Source: Auanema rhodensis
Taxonomy: Eukaryota > Animalia > Nematoda
Length of the DNA: 64,000 bases
Assembly: GCA_964057225.1 (NCBI GenBank)
Contig: OZ059896.1
Coordinates: 15,190,001-15,254,000, forward strand
Direction of reading: 5' to 3'
Made by a program: the position numbers and the translations under genes. Positions within the stretch are counted from its first letter, which is position 1; every line of letters starts with the position of its first letter. Shown in pieces: positions 14,201-29,500 of the stretch. A model generated the notes under the pieces. The model saw nothing but the letters and a program-made list of their open reading frames with translations, had not been told where the DNA came from and did not search any database.

Positions 14201-15299
14201 CATTGACTATATCATATAGTACAATGCCATATAGATCATGTATAAATCTTATTTATATAAATAATAATATAAAGAATAATAAAAAAAAGAATAAGGGAGT
14301 CAACTTACGCCTTGACAGGTGCGAATCAAGCCATCATATGGTAGCTTATATACACGACCAACACCAATGCATTCACTTTTACGGGCACGATCAAAGACTC
14401 TATAAATGAAAGAGAATGTTTTGTTATATATTTATAATATAAATAAGATAATTAAATTAATTAGAATAAAAAATAAATAGAAAATTACCTTAATTCTTCT
14501 TGTTCTTCTTTAGTAAGTTCGGCACAATACCTTGAGTCTGAGTCCTGAGCAGGCATTTGATGTCTGAAGATAGAAGCTATTAGCAGAAATACAATTCATT
14601 TCTTTATTTTGTATAAATTTATATGAACAAATCATACTACACATGGCTTTTGAAGCAAACAATCTGATTGAAAATGAGAATAGTCTCTCAATCAAGGATA
14701 TAATATGGGCAGCATTGTCTACTTCATGATTGCTGGCTTCACCAGGTGCTGTTGTATACAGCTCAAAGATACATATTTTCCGGTTAAAAGTCAGTCATTA
14801 AGATGTAGCATGTTATGGATAATACACGGAAAATGTTTAAGAAAATATATGTTTAGATTCTACCTCAGCTGTCGGGCTCTCCATTTTTCTCCAACACTTC
14901 CGACATATGGCACTTTATCCTCAGGCAGGCAAGAAAAATACAGATGGACCTGTAACAGTTGAACAGTTATTCAGGCGGGTGAATTCAAAAATTTCACTTT
15001 TTTCTGTTTTTCATGAATTTATCAAGATAGATTACTAGTTAACACTTGTGTGTATTTGTTGTGAGAGTTTAAGAAGTTAACGATATACCTACCATATCAG
15101 GTTTTAAGCCACTTGGCCACCAAGCGTATTCCTCTAGAATACAGCCGGAATCATCATCTGAGGTTGAATGACGATGAACATCTGCAGCAATACGCAGGCG
15201 TGTGGAAGGTGATAATCCAGCTTCATCACGAGGTGATGATGAGTTGGATGATATCAAACGAACATCACGAGAGCGACGACGTCTCATGCGATCGGACAT
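5210..15299 (-). CDS. prkl-1: Prickle planar-cell-polarity protein (PET domain, 3 LIM domains, C-terminal CaaX); further upstream exons possible
   Basis: PET exons at 14.3-15.3 kb: [85 protein letters not shown] exons at 9.1-9.35 kb ([40 protein letters not shown]) and 6.07-6.52 kb ([31 protein letters not shown]). Last exon ends [14 protein letters not shown], a Prickle-type basic+CaaX tail. The ATG exon stays open up to its acceptor at 15339, so the true start may lie upstream. Confidence 0.95.
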
Positions 15300-18200
15300 C
15301 TTCTCAGGAAGAACACGACGAAACGAAAAGGTGGACACACTGAACTGACTAGAAGAACAAAAATCTTCCAGAAAAAATGCAAAAACTGAAATGAGGAAAT
15401 TATGGTAAAAAGTAAAAAGTTAATTGACAAGAGAGACAAACAGAGACTAGACAATTCTAAAGAAAAATTAATAAATAATATGAAAATTAGGAAAAACAAA
15501 AGAATATTCGAGTATTTAGTAATAATAGTTTGATAGATAATATAGTATTAGCAGATGCATATACAATATATGTATAGTAATAATAGTTATAATAATAGTT
15601 AATAGAAAATGTCAAAATAGTAGATGAATATGGTATGAATAGCTAGTTTAATTATGTAAAAAAGATTGATTAATCTTTAAAAAATCCAAGAGATTATCCT
15701 CTGAAAACTAACAAAAGAAGTTGAATAGAAGGACAGTCCACAAGACTGAGAGGGTGGTCCGAATGATATGAAGGGGGAGAGGGAAAATAAAGAGAGACAG
15801 AGGCGAGAGATGGCAAAAGATAGAGAGAGAGAGGATAGGCCAACATACAGATGAGGTTGGCCAAGATATTCAGGGGCGGGATCGTAGTGGCGAAGAACGT
15901 CAATGAGCGAGAGATGTGGACGCTGAGGGTCAGAGAAAAGAGAAAAGGAAATAACGAGCGATATGCTGGTAAAAGGCACGAGATACATGCTCCGCCTACA
16001 ATTTCACACTATAACCTTACTTGATTTTATGTTTTTATACTATACGAAAGGATATAATTAAGTTTGATGATGGCATCTTACATCATATATATACATATGA
16101 CATTTATATCTTTATATACTAGATATATGTATTGAAATTTGGTAATTATATAGAAATAAATTACAGAAACTGAATGAAAAATAATAAAAAAAAATAGAAA
16201 ATGAGAAAAGATCGGTAATAAAGATACAACCGATCATCATCTATGTAAAACTTGAAATGATTCAGTGATAACAACATGCTATTTACGTGAATGTTCACGT
16301 AAAGTATACTATATGGTCAATATGCTAATTTGTTGATTTTGAATAATCATGAGATGAGAAACTATATAGATATGATTTAAAAACATTTTCATATAGTTTA
16401 GTTATATACATATAGTTATGTAAAATACTATACGTATATATAGATATTAATGTATAAAGGATATATTAACTAACTGAAAAGGTAAAATATGAAATAATAA
16501 AAGAATTTAAGATAAAAGTTTATATGTATGTATATACTATGTGTATATACATATTCGGCATACAACCGAATAGGAAACCGAAAAAAGGCAAAATTAAAGA
16601 AAAAATTGTAATAAATTACGCAAGAATAATTGATAATTAACCTTAATAGGATAATAAATATGCAAATTGGTGAGATTGAAAGAGAATTGCAACCATTTTC
16701 TTTTTGGCTGCCAATATCCGACAATAATCTCCAACAGCGAGCTGAGGGAAGGAGATAGGGCCAAAGAAGAGATGATGGAAAAATGAAATAGTTGGATGTA
16801 CTACGGGTTGTATGAGAGAATTAGGAAGACGTATACATGTAACTATGTACTATATCGGTTACTCTTATTGTGATGAATTTTAGAAAAAATGTCCGAATGA
16901 TCGTTGAAGAAATAACATGAATTTGATGTTTTGATTGCATAAAAAGCTTTGATATGTCCATTTTATGATCGTTTTCAATTGTGAACATATAAAGGTGTGA
17001 AGTGATGATGACATGTAGCTAGATGAAAGCGAGAAAGAGAAGACAGAATCGGTTTGATGAATAGAATATATTAATGAAATAGATAAGAAGAAAGTAAGAA
17101 TGTTCAAATCAAAATTCAAATTTCGTATTATTTCTTTGGGAAATTGGTGATTCCAACTAAAATTTCAAATGATTTTACTATGCAAATGAGGTAACCTTTA
17201 GGGAACAAACTGTTATAACAAAAATAAAATAGATTACATGTAGTTCAAAGGTTATGTATGTCACCAGAAATTTCGAAAAGGACGATGTTAAGATGAGAAA
17301 ATGAGGGAATGAATGCATTTTGAACAAAAAAAAGAAACAAAGAAAACCGCTTTGATTATGCTACTGTTAAATGGAACATTGCTTGTCGCTTCGGATGGGA
17401 CAAAATGGACAGTGGAGATGATGATAATGAAATAACAAATATTATTCATTAGGTAAGACATTCACAATGAAATAATGAATCAGCGAAGTTTAGATGATTG
17501 TTGAAAATGGCATGACAGACAACTAAAACCTTTTGTGGATGATCATTCTTTATGACTTTGAGTACTTTCTTGTATGTTAGAAGTAGAACAGGTAAAAAGA
17601 AATTGATGAGTAGATTGAAGGATAGAAGAATAAGAACAGAAAAGAATAGAATCAAGTAAGTGGAAAGATAATTGAAGATGTGCTTTTTTTGTCGGAATAT
17701 TTTGAAGAAAGCAAGAATTATTGAAGAAAAACGAGGTAAAGATAATTTTATGTGAAACGATAATTGAGATTCAATGACATGATGACGATGAAATGTTTAA
17801 AAGAAAAAAAAGAAAAAAATGCTACAGAAGAATATAGATTAATGTCTTTGAGTTAGATGAAATAAAGGACAGAAAGTGCACAAACATTTGTAATTATTTC
17901 AAAAAATTTTTTGAAACATAAGGAGATGGATACGACGGAGAATAATATAACAGACGACATGAAATCAGACGACAACGATAACGACGACAGTAGGCTAATA
18001 CATTGATACATACAGTCATCAGAAAAAAATTGTAGACAAAAAGATAAATGACATGACAGTCAATGTTATTTTTTTGGGAAGTTTGACAACGACAGTCTGA
18101 TGTGTTGAATTCATTTCAGTAATGAACATGTATACATAGATCTTTCTTAGATTTCATATAGAAAGTACAAATGGTTTAGATCATCGAAGAAAAAGGGTTT

Positions 18201-20520
18201 TTCCTTCCAAAAAGAAAAAGGGAAAAGCGAGTGATATGAGGTAAAATGAAATGAGCTGTGTTGATGAATCTCTATGTATAACACATGACTGTTGGTGATA
18301 TATGAGCTAAAGATGAGCGATAGATGAGACATACAGATTGATATGAAAGGAGAGAATAAGAAAACGAAAGAACTTCTGCCTGTCTTTCCTGTCTCAGGCT
18401 TCGTCAGCTCTACAACATCCACAGTCAGACGACATTCCGTCAGCCGTGCTGAGAATATGACAACAGAAGTCTCTCTGTGTGTAGAATGATATATGTTTTA
18501 CCGTGTAATAATCAAAAATTGAAGTCATTTATCTAAAATATTCAAAAAATTTTCATTTGTATGACATTTTATTCAAACACATTTCAGAATAAGTTGGAAA
18601 ATGTTTGAAAAAAAATTCAAATTCTAAGACAGTCAGGCACCGTCAGTTGGTTTCTACAAGCCTGACAAACGCCTGATGTGTAGATGAAAAGGATGGAATA
18701 CGACGAGGAAAATGACGAAAAAAAATTCCTGATCCGTCTAAAGAAATTTGACATAAATGTGCCGCAAACGTACAGATAATTAGACATTTTCTTTTTTTTG
18801 TGATCAAAAGATAATTTTAGAAAAGAAAAAGCAGAAAAGAAGAAAAAAGATGTATAACGAGTGTATAGAGAGATCGTAAAAACATGAGACAATATTCAGA
18901 AGTAATGAGAAAATCAGGTGGGACGGGGAAGATGAAAGGATATAGAGGCTACGCTTCATTTACATTTATGATGACAAGTTGAATCAATCGTTGAGAAAAA
19001 AAGAGCAGAAAAACAAAAAATGCGGTCATTTCCTTGTTTTATGATACAAAACACAATATTCACATATGCGAATTGAGCATTTTTCTGGAGTTTTTGGAAG
19101 ATATTTGTAGATATAAGCAAGACACTGACTCTCGTCTCTTGTGCTTTCCAATCGACTACATCACTAGGAGTTGCTTTTAGATTTCTTTTAGTTACTTGTT
19201 TGAAAGAAAGAATGACAAATGAATTGAAAAGTTGAAAGATATAAACATTGTTTCGTATTTCGAAGTTAAAAGTCAAAGAAATGAAATAAAATTCATTTGA
19301 AGCTGCAGCCTCAAAAAGGGTCAAGCCTCATTGTGAACCTCCGGGGAATCTGGTAAAGCACTTGACAAATGACCATTCTTCCTTATTTGAGTACGTCCCG
19401 AGGCGAAGATCGATTGATGGGATGATAAATTAGCTTTGAACCTTTCAAATGCAACAGAAATTTGTTAGGCAAGGAAAATCAAAAGAACTATTTAACAACA
19501 GATATGGCTGAGAAAATTGCTATCTATATGCTGGAGTGACATCATACATTTCAACTGGTTATATAGCTTAGACGGTGGGGACTTCTCCGCTTTCTCAGAT
19601 GAGGTTGCGAAATAGAGTTGAGTAGCAGTTGTTGCAACTATTGTGAGCCAAAATTAGAATCTGAAAATCCACACAAGAAGATGGGATGTGAAGAATGATG
19701 GTAAGAAGAAGAAGAAGTGATGACTATGACGATGACAACTATGATGATGATGATGATGCTGATGCTGATGACGACGGCATCCAAACGGAAAGCAAGTTGA
19801 TTAGAGTTGTAGAAGCCGATGCATTAGGCTGTTTAGTGACTCAAAGCCGTACAGCTAGCTTTAAATTTCAGGAGACAAAAGGAATAGATGAAGAGAAGAT
19901 AGAATTAGATGCAAATCTCAAGAAAAGTTTCTCAAATTTGCTTGCAGTTGTTGGTAGTTGGCAACGTACAGATGGAAAGTAGTAAAGCTAATTGAATTCA
20001 TTCAAACTCAAAACTGTTCTTTGAAAATGTACTCCAGCATATATTCAAAATGTATACATATAAGAGAAGATTGTCAACTCTTTTACTTCCTCTTCACCTT
20101 TCTCCCCTCTTTCTCTCTTTCTTGCATGATTGTGGATGTCGGCTTGATAATATGAGAGAATGTCACATAGAAATAGTTGATGACATCATCACAACAAAAT
20201 AGATTTGTGATTACGTACAGAAGTCAGATGAAGAAGATGATGAGTCAGATTGATGGACAAAGATGAGGAGAATGCGGTAGAATGTATGTAGCAATATGAG
20301 ATGATATACAGAAAAATCAATGATATGAAAATCTAAATGCCAAGAAGTAATATTTGGGAATCGGAAGACGAAGGCGTTGAACTAATGGCTTCTGGTCAAT
20401 CGAGATAGAACCTTTACTATGTATACAGATTATCGGCTTCATTGATGAGCGCTTTATATCATTACCGAAGAAAATAGTGAGTATGAGGGAGATAGAGATA
20501 TCAAGAGCAAAAGCAAGGTA

Positions 20521-20522
<2 letters not shown>

Positions 20523-20597
<75 letters not shown>
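20523..20597. repeat. (GA)n microsatellite
   Basis: Near-perfect AG dinucleotide run with a few AAAG interruptions. Confidence 0.95.
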
Positions 20598-23500
20598 ATA
20601 TGTGAGAGAGAATAGATTATAAATAGATTGGTGGCAAGATTCGATACATTGGTAAAGCAAATGATATAGATCAATATGCAATATGGGTAAATGCTTCTAC
20701 CAAAGACGGTCAGTAGAATGATATCTCACGGTAATTTGTCTCTCATTTTCTCTCTCTATATATATATATATATCATTTTCTTTCTTCGCTTCCTGCCGTA
20801 CTTTTCTCTTTTCCATTCGTTTAGCTAGCATAGTCTATGAGTGACCATTCTCTCTCTTCCTTTCCTCCGTTTCTCTCTATCACTTACTCAACAAATAAAT
20901 AATAATCAACAGCCCCAACAGTCACTAGTCAACAGAAGGAGACTAGAACCGGGAAAAGAGTCACAGCTGTCGATAACCAAACATCATCAGATCACCATGT
21001 CTGTGAATCCTTCTGTGTATGTGGATGTATGACAGTTATCTTGTCATATATGGGATTACTTACTACATTGAAAAGATCAGAGCAGATTCTTTCGTTGATG
21101 CTACAGCTCAATCAGCTCATCTCTCAACAATAGCGTATGGTATTAAACTTGACAAAGCAAGCATAACTAGTGTTTCCGTCTGTTATTAGAACAAAAGAAG
21201 ACCAGATTAAGCATATGGATTTGTTGACTAAAGAAGGTGATGATCATCCTATTTTAACCAAATCAACAAATGATATTTAATCTGTTTTCAAATAACCATA
21301 TTTGAGAGTTACAACATGACAATGACAAAAAAAACCCAATCAATATAGAAGTTAAGATGTAATTCGAGACAGGAATACATGAAGAATCATCAGAAATATT
21401 TAGTTGCTCCCTGTGGCATAAGCATGAGATATACAGTGGGGCAACAGTTTGAAGGATAGTTGACATCAAATGGCCATAAGTCAACAATCACTAGACGGAG
21501 GCAACCTATTGAATATGCTAATTGAATGAAAGATCCAGGGATGAATTCAAAGAATCATCTCATAACATATGATCCTGTTGAGAACCCAGAAGCTATATAT
21601 CAGATGGAGATAACGTCCACGGATGAACCCATCAAAGCGAACGGTAAACGAAATGCTTGACAGCAGGAAGATGGGCATATTACATGCAAGCTTAATCGAG
21701 ATATTATCTAATAGAATAATTGAGCCTGGCAGATACATCTGACGTGTGCCAGGTTAATAGATCAGAAACGGCTGAGAGTACGTCATGAATACGCTAACCG
21801 AATATAAGAAAAGATACAGACAGATAATCTACAGAGAGAAAGAGAGAGAAAGAGCGAAAAGGCGGGGAAGAGTTGACTTACAGACCGTAAAACTGAAATG
21901 AAGTTCAAATTGAAGAAAAACATCATCACAAATAATCATAATGAAAATCAGATGGCGCGAGACAGAAAGTTGAAAAAATGCATAATGGAATGTGGTCCGC
22001 AGAAGCCCAGGAGCAGTTAGTAGTGGGTTTGGCGGTCATTGAGAACCATCGATGGACACACTAAGAGATTACATGGAAAGGGGTGGTCGAAGAGGATGAA
22101 TTGTGTGAAAATAGATAGATAGCTAGATAGAAAATAGAGGAATATAAATGTATATGTAAAGAGAAAAAGACAGAGAGAGAAAGAGAAATAGGAGGGGGAG
22201 TAAATGAAATGAGACGTATAGAGAGTTAAGATGAGAGAAGGCTTGGATGAAGTAGAAGTCAATGAGAGAAGTAAGAGATAGACAGATGAATAGATAAGAC
22301 GAACGCTTTAGTTGACTTTCTCTATGACACACAGAGGCAGACACATACAAGGCACAACATACATTCGCTTGAGACTGAATAAAGCGACAGGCATGTCGAC
22401 TGAAAAAATAGGAATTACGTTAAATCGTTTCTTCATATTCAAATTTTTCTTTTAAAGAGGCACTTTCAAACGAATAATCCAATAGAAAAATGTCTTAAGA
22501 TTAAGATTGCTTCGAGACAACGACATGTATCTATGAAATGAATAAGCGAGTATAACTATGTATGGGTTATGTATGTGTATGTGTTGTAATCAAAGAAATA
22601 AAACAATATATAACATAGCTAAATCTGATCTTGAAATTCTTTCTAATTTAACTACACTTTTCAAGGTTTTCATCATGAATATTTGGAACGAGGCCAAATC
22701 GTTCTATTCTTTCAGCCTAATTATATTTATGTCCTTATTGAGCAAATTAAGCTCAGTTAAAAATGATTATACAATACATAATGAAGAAAAATCATATAAA
22801 AAGAGGATTATATAATAAACATATGTATATTTCATATATACTATATGAAATGAAAAATATTTAAATGATTCATTGATGTTATCTAATTTAATATAATTAT
22901 TTATATAGCTAAATGGGCATAAATAACAATGAATAACCAAATAAGACGACAAAAAAAAGAGAAAAACCAAATAGACCTCATCATTGTATAGATTCAAATG
23001 CGCGACATATGGTTCACAAGCATAGCATGAGTCGGAGATGCAAAATAAGAATCTGTTCAGCTATTTTTGAATAAAAAAACATATATATGTATATATAGAA
23101 GAATGGAAAAAAAAGAGGCCACACAAATGGAATTTTTCAAAATACAGCAGTTTTTCTTTTTGCTGTATTCCTTTTTTTTTGCTTCAATTCATAGGATATT
23201 AATGTGTTGAAATGTGCTGAATCGAGGACAACCGTTCTGCATGTCTGATTTGTTATAGTTAAAGCACAAAATAGACAATAATGATGAAAATACAAAACAA
23301 ATACTCAGAAATGTAAAAAAAAGCTCTCAGCTAAGATACTAAACACATTCATTTAAGAAGAATAAAGACATTATTAGCTTTTGTATCCAACAACATTGCA
23401 ATTTCAGATGAGGAAATGAAGTGAGAAAAAACTATTTCGATAGAGTCGAGAGGAGTTTAACACGCGATTGACTCAAAACAACCAAAATCTGTTGCAAAAT

Positions 23501-26500
23501 GAGCACAGAAGAAAAGAAACGGAGGCATCAAGGAATTCGTATGATCAGAAACAGATGGGTTCAATAGCCGTACTGAATCCGATGTCAAGCATCAGACACA
23601 TGCTTCAACAGACGAGGAATGGCGAGCACATTCATGGAGTTTCACGAGAAAAAAATGAACAAAATCGGTGCATATTAGCAATAATTGGCTGATTTAAAAC
23701 AAATATAATAAGAGTAATTAAGTCAAATGGAAATGAATTAAAGAAAAAAACCAAAAAAATCAAAATAAAATGAAGAAAATAGCTAGATGAACTAAATGTC
23801 ATTAAAGTATAGTTAAAATAGAAATAGACGAGGGAGTAAATCTAGAAGAAGACGAAAGAAAGTGATGCAAAAAGACTTGAGACTTCGGATTTAGAATGGT
23901 GTGAATGTTTCCATGAAAAGATGGACAAGGGCAGCTGATAGAAGAAGAACTAAAGAGAGAAAATGAATATAAACGATATAGTATATATATTACATCTTCT
24001 CGTCAATTGTCTCCCTAAATCACCTAATATTTCGTTTTTATCGTCTAGATGTCAAAATATGAGGAGATGTGTATAAGTTAGGAAGGATATAATATGTTAT
24101 TCAAGAGACAATAGAAATAAGAGAGAATTATAGAAAAATACATTAGAATCAATAGATAATCATCATTCGTAACCATATAAATATATAAAATATAAAAAGA
24201 AAAAGAGTTTGGGGCAGTGGCGGGAAAGAAAAGAAGAGAAGAAGAGAGAGAGAAAAAGATAGTTAGATTAAATGAGAGTATATAAACCATATCTTTTTTC
24301 TATCTTTTTCTCAATAGGTTACATAGTATAATATAATATCTAGTATATATATACTATATACTATATATTCTATACCAAGAGCCCAGCCGGACATATAATG
24401 AGCAACTCTTAATACCATATTCTTCCCGCAAAATCAAAATGGAGATGGCAAGTCTTTAACTACATCTGTTAAGCTCCGCCTATTTTGCGCTAAATATGGT
24501 GGAATGCTGGCATTTATGATTAAGTAGTGATATAATTAATATTACAAATACTTATTTATGGCTTATATTTAGTTGAATGTTTGAGATAAATAGGACAGGA
24601 AAGTAGAAGTGGAGATCTTTTTTCCGAATTAAGCTCAACATTGAGTTGGAACAATATGACTGAAAATGAAATAGGCTAGCATCCGAGATTGAATTGAGCT
24701 TGTGAAGTTTTTCAGTATTGTAAGCATTTAAGTGAAAGTTGATATTTGAAAAGAAAACACGTTTCCTCTTCGAATTGCATGAATAATGGTGTGAGGAGAC
24801 AAAAAAAGGATATAAAGTAGAAGATGATGAAAGGGATGAGTAAATGAAAAATAAAATGAATAAGATAATCTAATTAATATTAAATTATGAATCATAAATA
24901 TAATATACTATAGCAGGAAAAGAATTATAAAAAGTATGCGCGAAATGTGGCAGCTGTCTTGAAGGCTTAGACTAGTTAAGGGGGTGGGACTATAAAGAAC
25001 AAGCCGAAGTAGAAACAAAGAGGATTTTTGGCTATTCGTCTTCCTGATTAAGGGTTATCGTTTGACACAGTTCATAACAGTGAGGGAAAGGAGGGGTTTT
25101 GGAAAGAGAGATAGAGAGACAACGCAAAATAGACAGCGAAAGGATAAGAGGGATGAGAGACAACGAGAGGTTAAGAAGTACAGTGAATAACCACAGCTGG
25201 AGGTCACACGCTTATCTTGTCTGACCTCAGTGACTTGAACAGGACAGCAGCAGCCTGGCAGTTTCTTTGGCACAGGCCGCCTGACCATAAAAGGATGATC
25301 CACGAGGTTTGTGTCGAGAAGGGCTGACAATCAGCGGCTGGAAGGAGACACAGAAAGAGAAGCGATGAAGATAATGAGAGAGAAAGAGAACTGCTCTTGA
25401 AGATTGAATAAGAAGAATAAGATGACAACCTAAAAAGAGCAGGCAATACAAGTGTTCCACATGCTGAGAGAGAAAAAAGAGAATGGTATTTTACATGACT
25501 AATTATTGGTTTTCTTACTTATTATGCTAACCTGTATTTGAAAAGAAGTGCAAGAGTGCTAATATGAGAACCTATTTAGGATATAGTTAGCGGGAAAACT
25601 TCAAAAGCTTCACACATGTTTCATTCTTTCTTTTTTTGCTTTCAAAACAAGGAATATAATGCAGAACATATGACACAGTATACATCAATACACTTGACGG
25701 CATTTACATTAAATTCAATAGAGCATTCTTATGTTCATTGCTACCGATTCAAAACACCTTAAGATGTGCCACTTGTAACAGCTTAAAAACAGGCTTTAAT
25801 CGGCTAAACAACATTGGCTGGCTGAAGGTACAAAAGCCATGCCGACAATCATACAGATGAGATGAACAGAAGAAAACGTGATGAGAATGTAATCAGAAAG
25901 TGAGGTAAATGAATGCCGACATTGTTTTTTAGCATAGGATTAAGCTTAGAAGCAGAATAATTCTGCATATTTAATGAAAAGAAATGAAGAAAAGTAGAAA
26001 GAAAGAAAATAGTATTAAAGGGGAATAAAAGAATAATCAAAATGACAATAAACAAAAATATAAACAAACTTCTAAGCATGGAACAATCTGACGAATAAAA
26101 CAAAGACGAAGAATAACCGCACTACAGACGTTTTATTTGAAAATGACGCTCATGGACTCATTAACATACTTGACATACCTACCTGATCACGTGGATATAA
26201 TTAGCATATTTTGGTAGTTGCTAAGTTAAATATAATCTAAACAGCTAAGTAAATTGAATTATATTACCTTTCTTGAGCTATTCATTTTATAATTTATTTT
26301 TAATTACTAATTTATGTATTTAATATGTTTATACTATATGATATAGTCTTATCATAAGAATCTATTCTTAATGATAATAATACAAAAAAGTTTTTGATAC
26401 TATGCGATCCATTTGCTTCTGATTACTTACTATATTACTCATAAAACTATTTATGTGCATATAATTAATGATTAATGACTGGTACTGGTTAGCTATTCTA

Positions 26501-29500
26501 TATATTCAATGAAGCTTAAAACTTTGATAGTATCACATCACGTTATATTTATATTTAAAGTATGATTCAGCCATTACTAACGGCATAGTTTAGCTAACTT
26601 GTAACACATACTTAGATGTAATGGATATGGCAATAGTTTTAGAGATATGTTGCGTAATCTCATCGGCAAATGTGTGAGAAAACTTTAAAGAAAAAATGTT
26701 TTTTAGGTTGAAAATGCTCAAAAAAAGGCTGCACAATATCAGATGACGGTGTAAAGCTGAAACGTTGAAGAGATGAAATAGTGATAGTATGAAGATGAAA
26801 CAGAAAAGGGAATTGAAATAGTGTTCTACATGAACTCTACTAACATATCAAATCAAAATGCTATTATATCTATGGAAATGGTAATCGTATTCTGAAAATA
26901 TGATTTGAACTAGGCCGGTCATGCTTGTGCTTTAGGATGAAATTCCATCTGATGCCACTCACAACCACTTGAAGTTTCTCTTCCTAACCCTTTTTCTCGT
27001 TCTTACTTCTATCTCTTCACATGCACATCTGGATGGACAGATGAACAGCTGAAATTATACAGTAAATAAATGAAAAATTATTTCATTTTTTCTTATTCTT
27101 TATACAAAAAAACAAAAAAACATATATATGCTATTGTATGATATAGCTTAAGCAGAAGGAAGCAAAAGCATCAGAGAGGAAGTTGTTAACGAATTTCTTT
27201 ACTCTTCTGATCAGCCTGTTCTCATTCTGTTTGTCTTTACTGTTTTGAAATCGATATGACATATCCTTAATGAGGTAAGAGCCTGATGATTTATCAGAAG
27301 ACATTCGTGACTACTTGTACATCTGTCTATCAAACATTAAAGAATGAGAAAATAGACGAAGAACTAGAATATAATGAGAGAGTGAGAGAGATAGAGAGAA
27401 GGTTATTGAGTTGAAGAAGGACACAACCGTTCGAAGTGCTCACGTAATCGGAAATTATGTATAACTCATACGAGTTACGTGAATGGCGTAACGCAAGTAG
27501 GCATATGTAACTTGAGCATTTTATCTGTCTCTCATCTGATTCTTCGTCACAAACTTCCAACTAGATGTTTAATCTTTAAATATCCATGAGTTCTTATTGT
27601 TCATATAAGCTTTCATCTGGCAGTTCGATCATTCCTTTCAGGATTACTCAATCATTTCAAAAGTACATTCGATTATTGTCATTGAATTTCTGAGTTGACG
27701 AACGTTACTGATTGAACAAGCAGATTATCTATTTACAGCCCTAAATCGTTTCAAATTCATATCCCCTCAGGGTAATTATTACATGAAATTCTTGACAATA
27801 TTAAGAATATATCAAGATTTTAGAATTATGTAATATTCCCATAAGATTTTAATTTTTCAATGGATACGATAATATGATTGTCACATTCATTTTAAGATAA
27901 TTTCAAAATGAAACTTGAGACATTGCTATGATTGCACGCATCTCTCTCTCTGTGAATTTCTCCAAATGTCATGTTATATGTGAAGTTTTAAAATTATTAA
28001 TAATTACCATATAAATTCCAATTTGTATAGCCTATATCATATAGTTTAGTAAAACAATTAGTTTTTCATATTAAACAATCGGTAAGAGTATAATGGCCCG
28101 CATCCATCCAGCTGTGCTTGTCAAGGCAAAAGATTTCTTATTCAATGATTGTTATTCGCATAATCCTGTACGACAGGTTTTATAAAACGAATAAATCTAC
28201 AACAAGAGTCAATAGTGATTGAAAGAAAAGAATCTGAAAATTAGATCAAATTAATTCTGGTAGATTCTCTACAACTTTCCTTATTTGGCATGAAAATCAG
28301 ATTGTAAATTTAGAAAAAAGTAACACAATGTCCTCGTTGTATGCTTTTCAAATCATAAAATCTGCTAATTAGAAAATGACCTTTGTCTCGCTTTTTCGAA
28401 TTTCATCTAGAAATGGCCTCCTGTTATATGGTTCAACAGTCAGATTGAATATTTCTCAAAAACAGCGAAAATCTGATGAGTAAAAGAGACGTCAATCAGG
28501 GCAATGTAAAAACACTTTTTGAACTTTGTTGTAGCTATCGTTAGCTGAACCTTAAGATGCTAAGAGGGGGGAGGTTACATTATAATAAGTGGTCGTTGAA
28601 TGCTGATGATGGTGGTGATGAACAAAAAATATTTCCAGGGAGAACTGTATGTATGTGTGTGTGCCTGTGTGACACCATCTGCAGATTAGGCTGGCTGCTG
28701 CCTCGACATCAGCAAGCCTAAGCTGAAAATGGCTTATGAACTGTGTCAGCCACAAATTTTCTTTTGTGTCACATCTTTGTCTATTATTTCAAATATAGTG
28801 TTGGAGCCTATAATGGTTATGAACTATCATCTTCTCTGTGCCTCCATATCTCTTTCTATATTTCGCTATCCATATACCGGAATGTCCTCCCACAAATCAG
28901 CTCAACGTAGAGGCTGGTCAAGCTGATGGGCTGGATGACCGGACTGCAAAAGAGAAGGAGAAAGAGGGAGAGATAGACACAGAATATGAATTATAGAAAA
29001 GCTATAAAACATGTCGGTTAATTATGAGCTCCAGTTGCTTGATTGAAAGATTATACATGTGTTATTGAGAAAATATATTAATCTCTACATTTATGAATCT
29101 ACCACTGCTACTTCGATGATTTTAGACCAAGCATCACTAGCATTCCTGAGATGGAGATATGAGGGCAGGGAGCCAAAAGGGTAACGTTATACATAGCTGA
29201 TGTCACAAATTGTTGCATCAATTAGCTGCGAAAGCCGGCAAGTCAGCCAAAAGTTCTCTATACATGTCAGGAAAGTGATAAAGAAATGGAAGAAATGCCG
29301 ACTAAAAAGCAATAAAACAATGAGGTTGTCTGCGCCGATTTATCTTTTACAAATAAATGATTTTAGCGGCAAGGCTTTTTCTGACACTTGGCATGCCCAA
29401 TGGGATCGTCAATTTCAACTTTCTTGCAACAGAATGTCCACAACGTCAACTTAATATTCAATTTTGCAAAAACCACAGGGGAAGCAAGCTGGAAAACTAA

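Noticed and set aside
19695-19982. Asp-rich ORF MMVRRRRSDDYDDD
   Set aside because: Arises from a (GAT)n triplet repeat; no supporting splice structure or recognisable domain.
26959-26985. miR-67/307-like TCACAACC seed
   Set aside because: No upstream GGTTGTGA-like arm to form a precursor.
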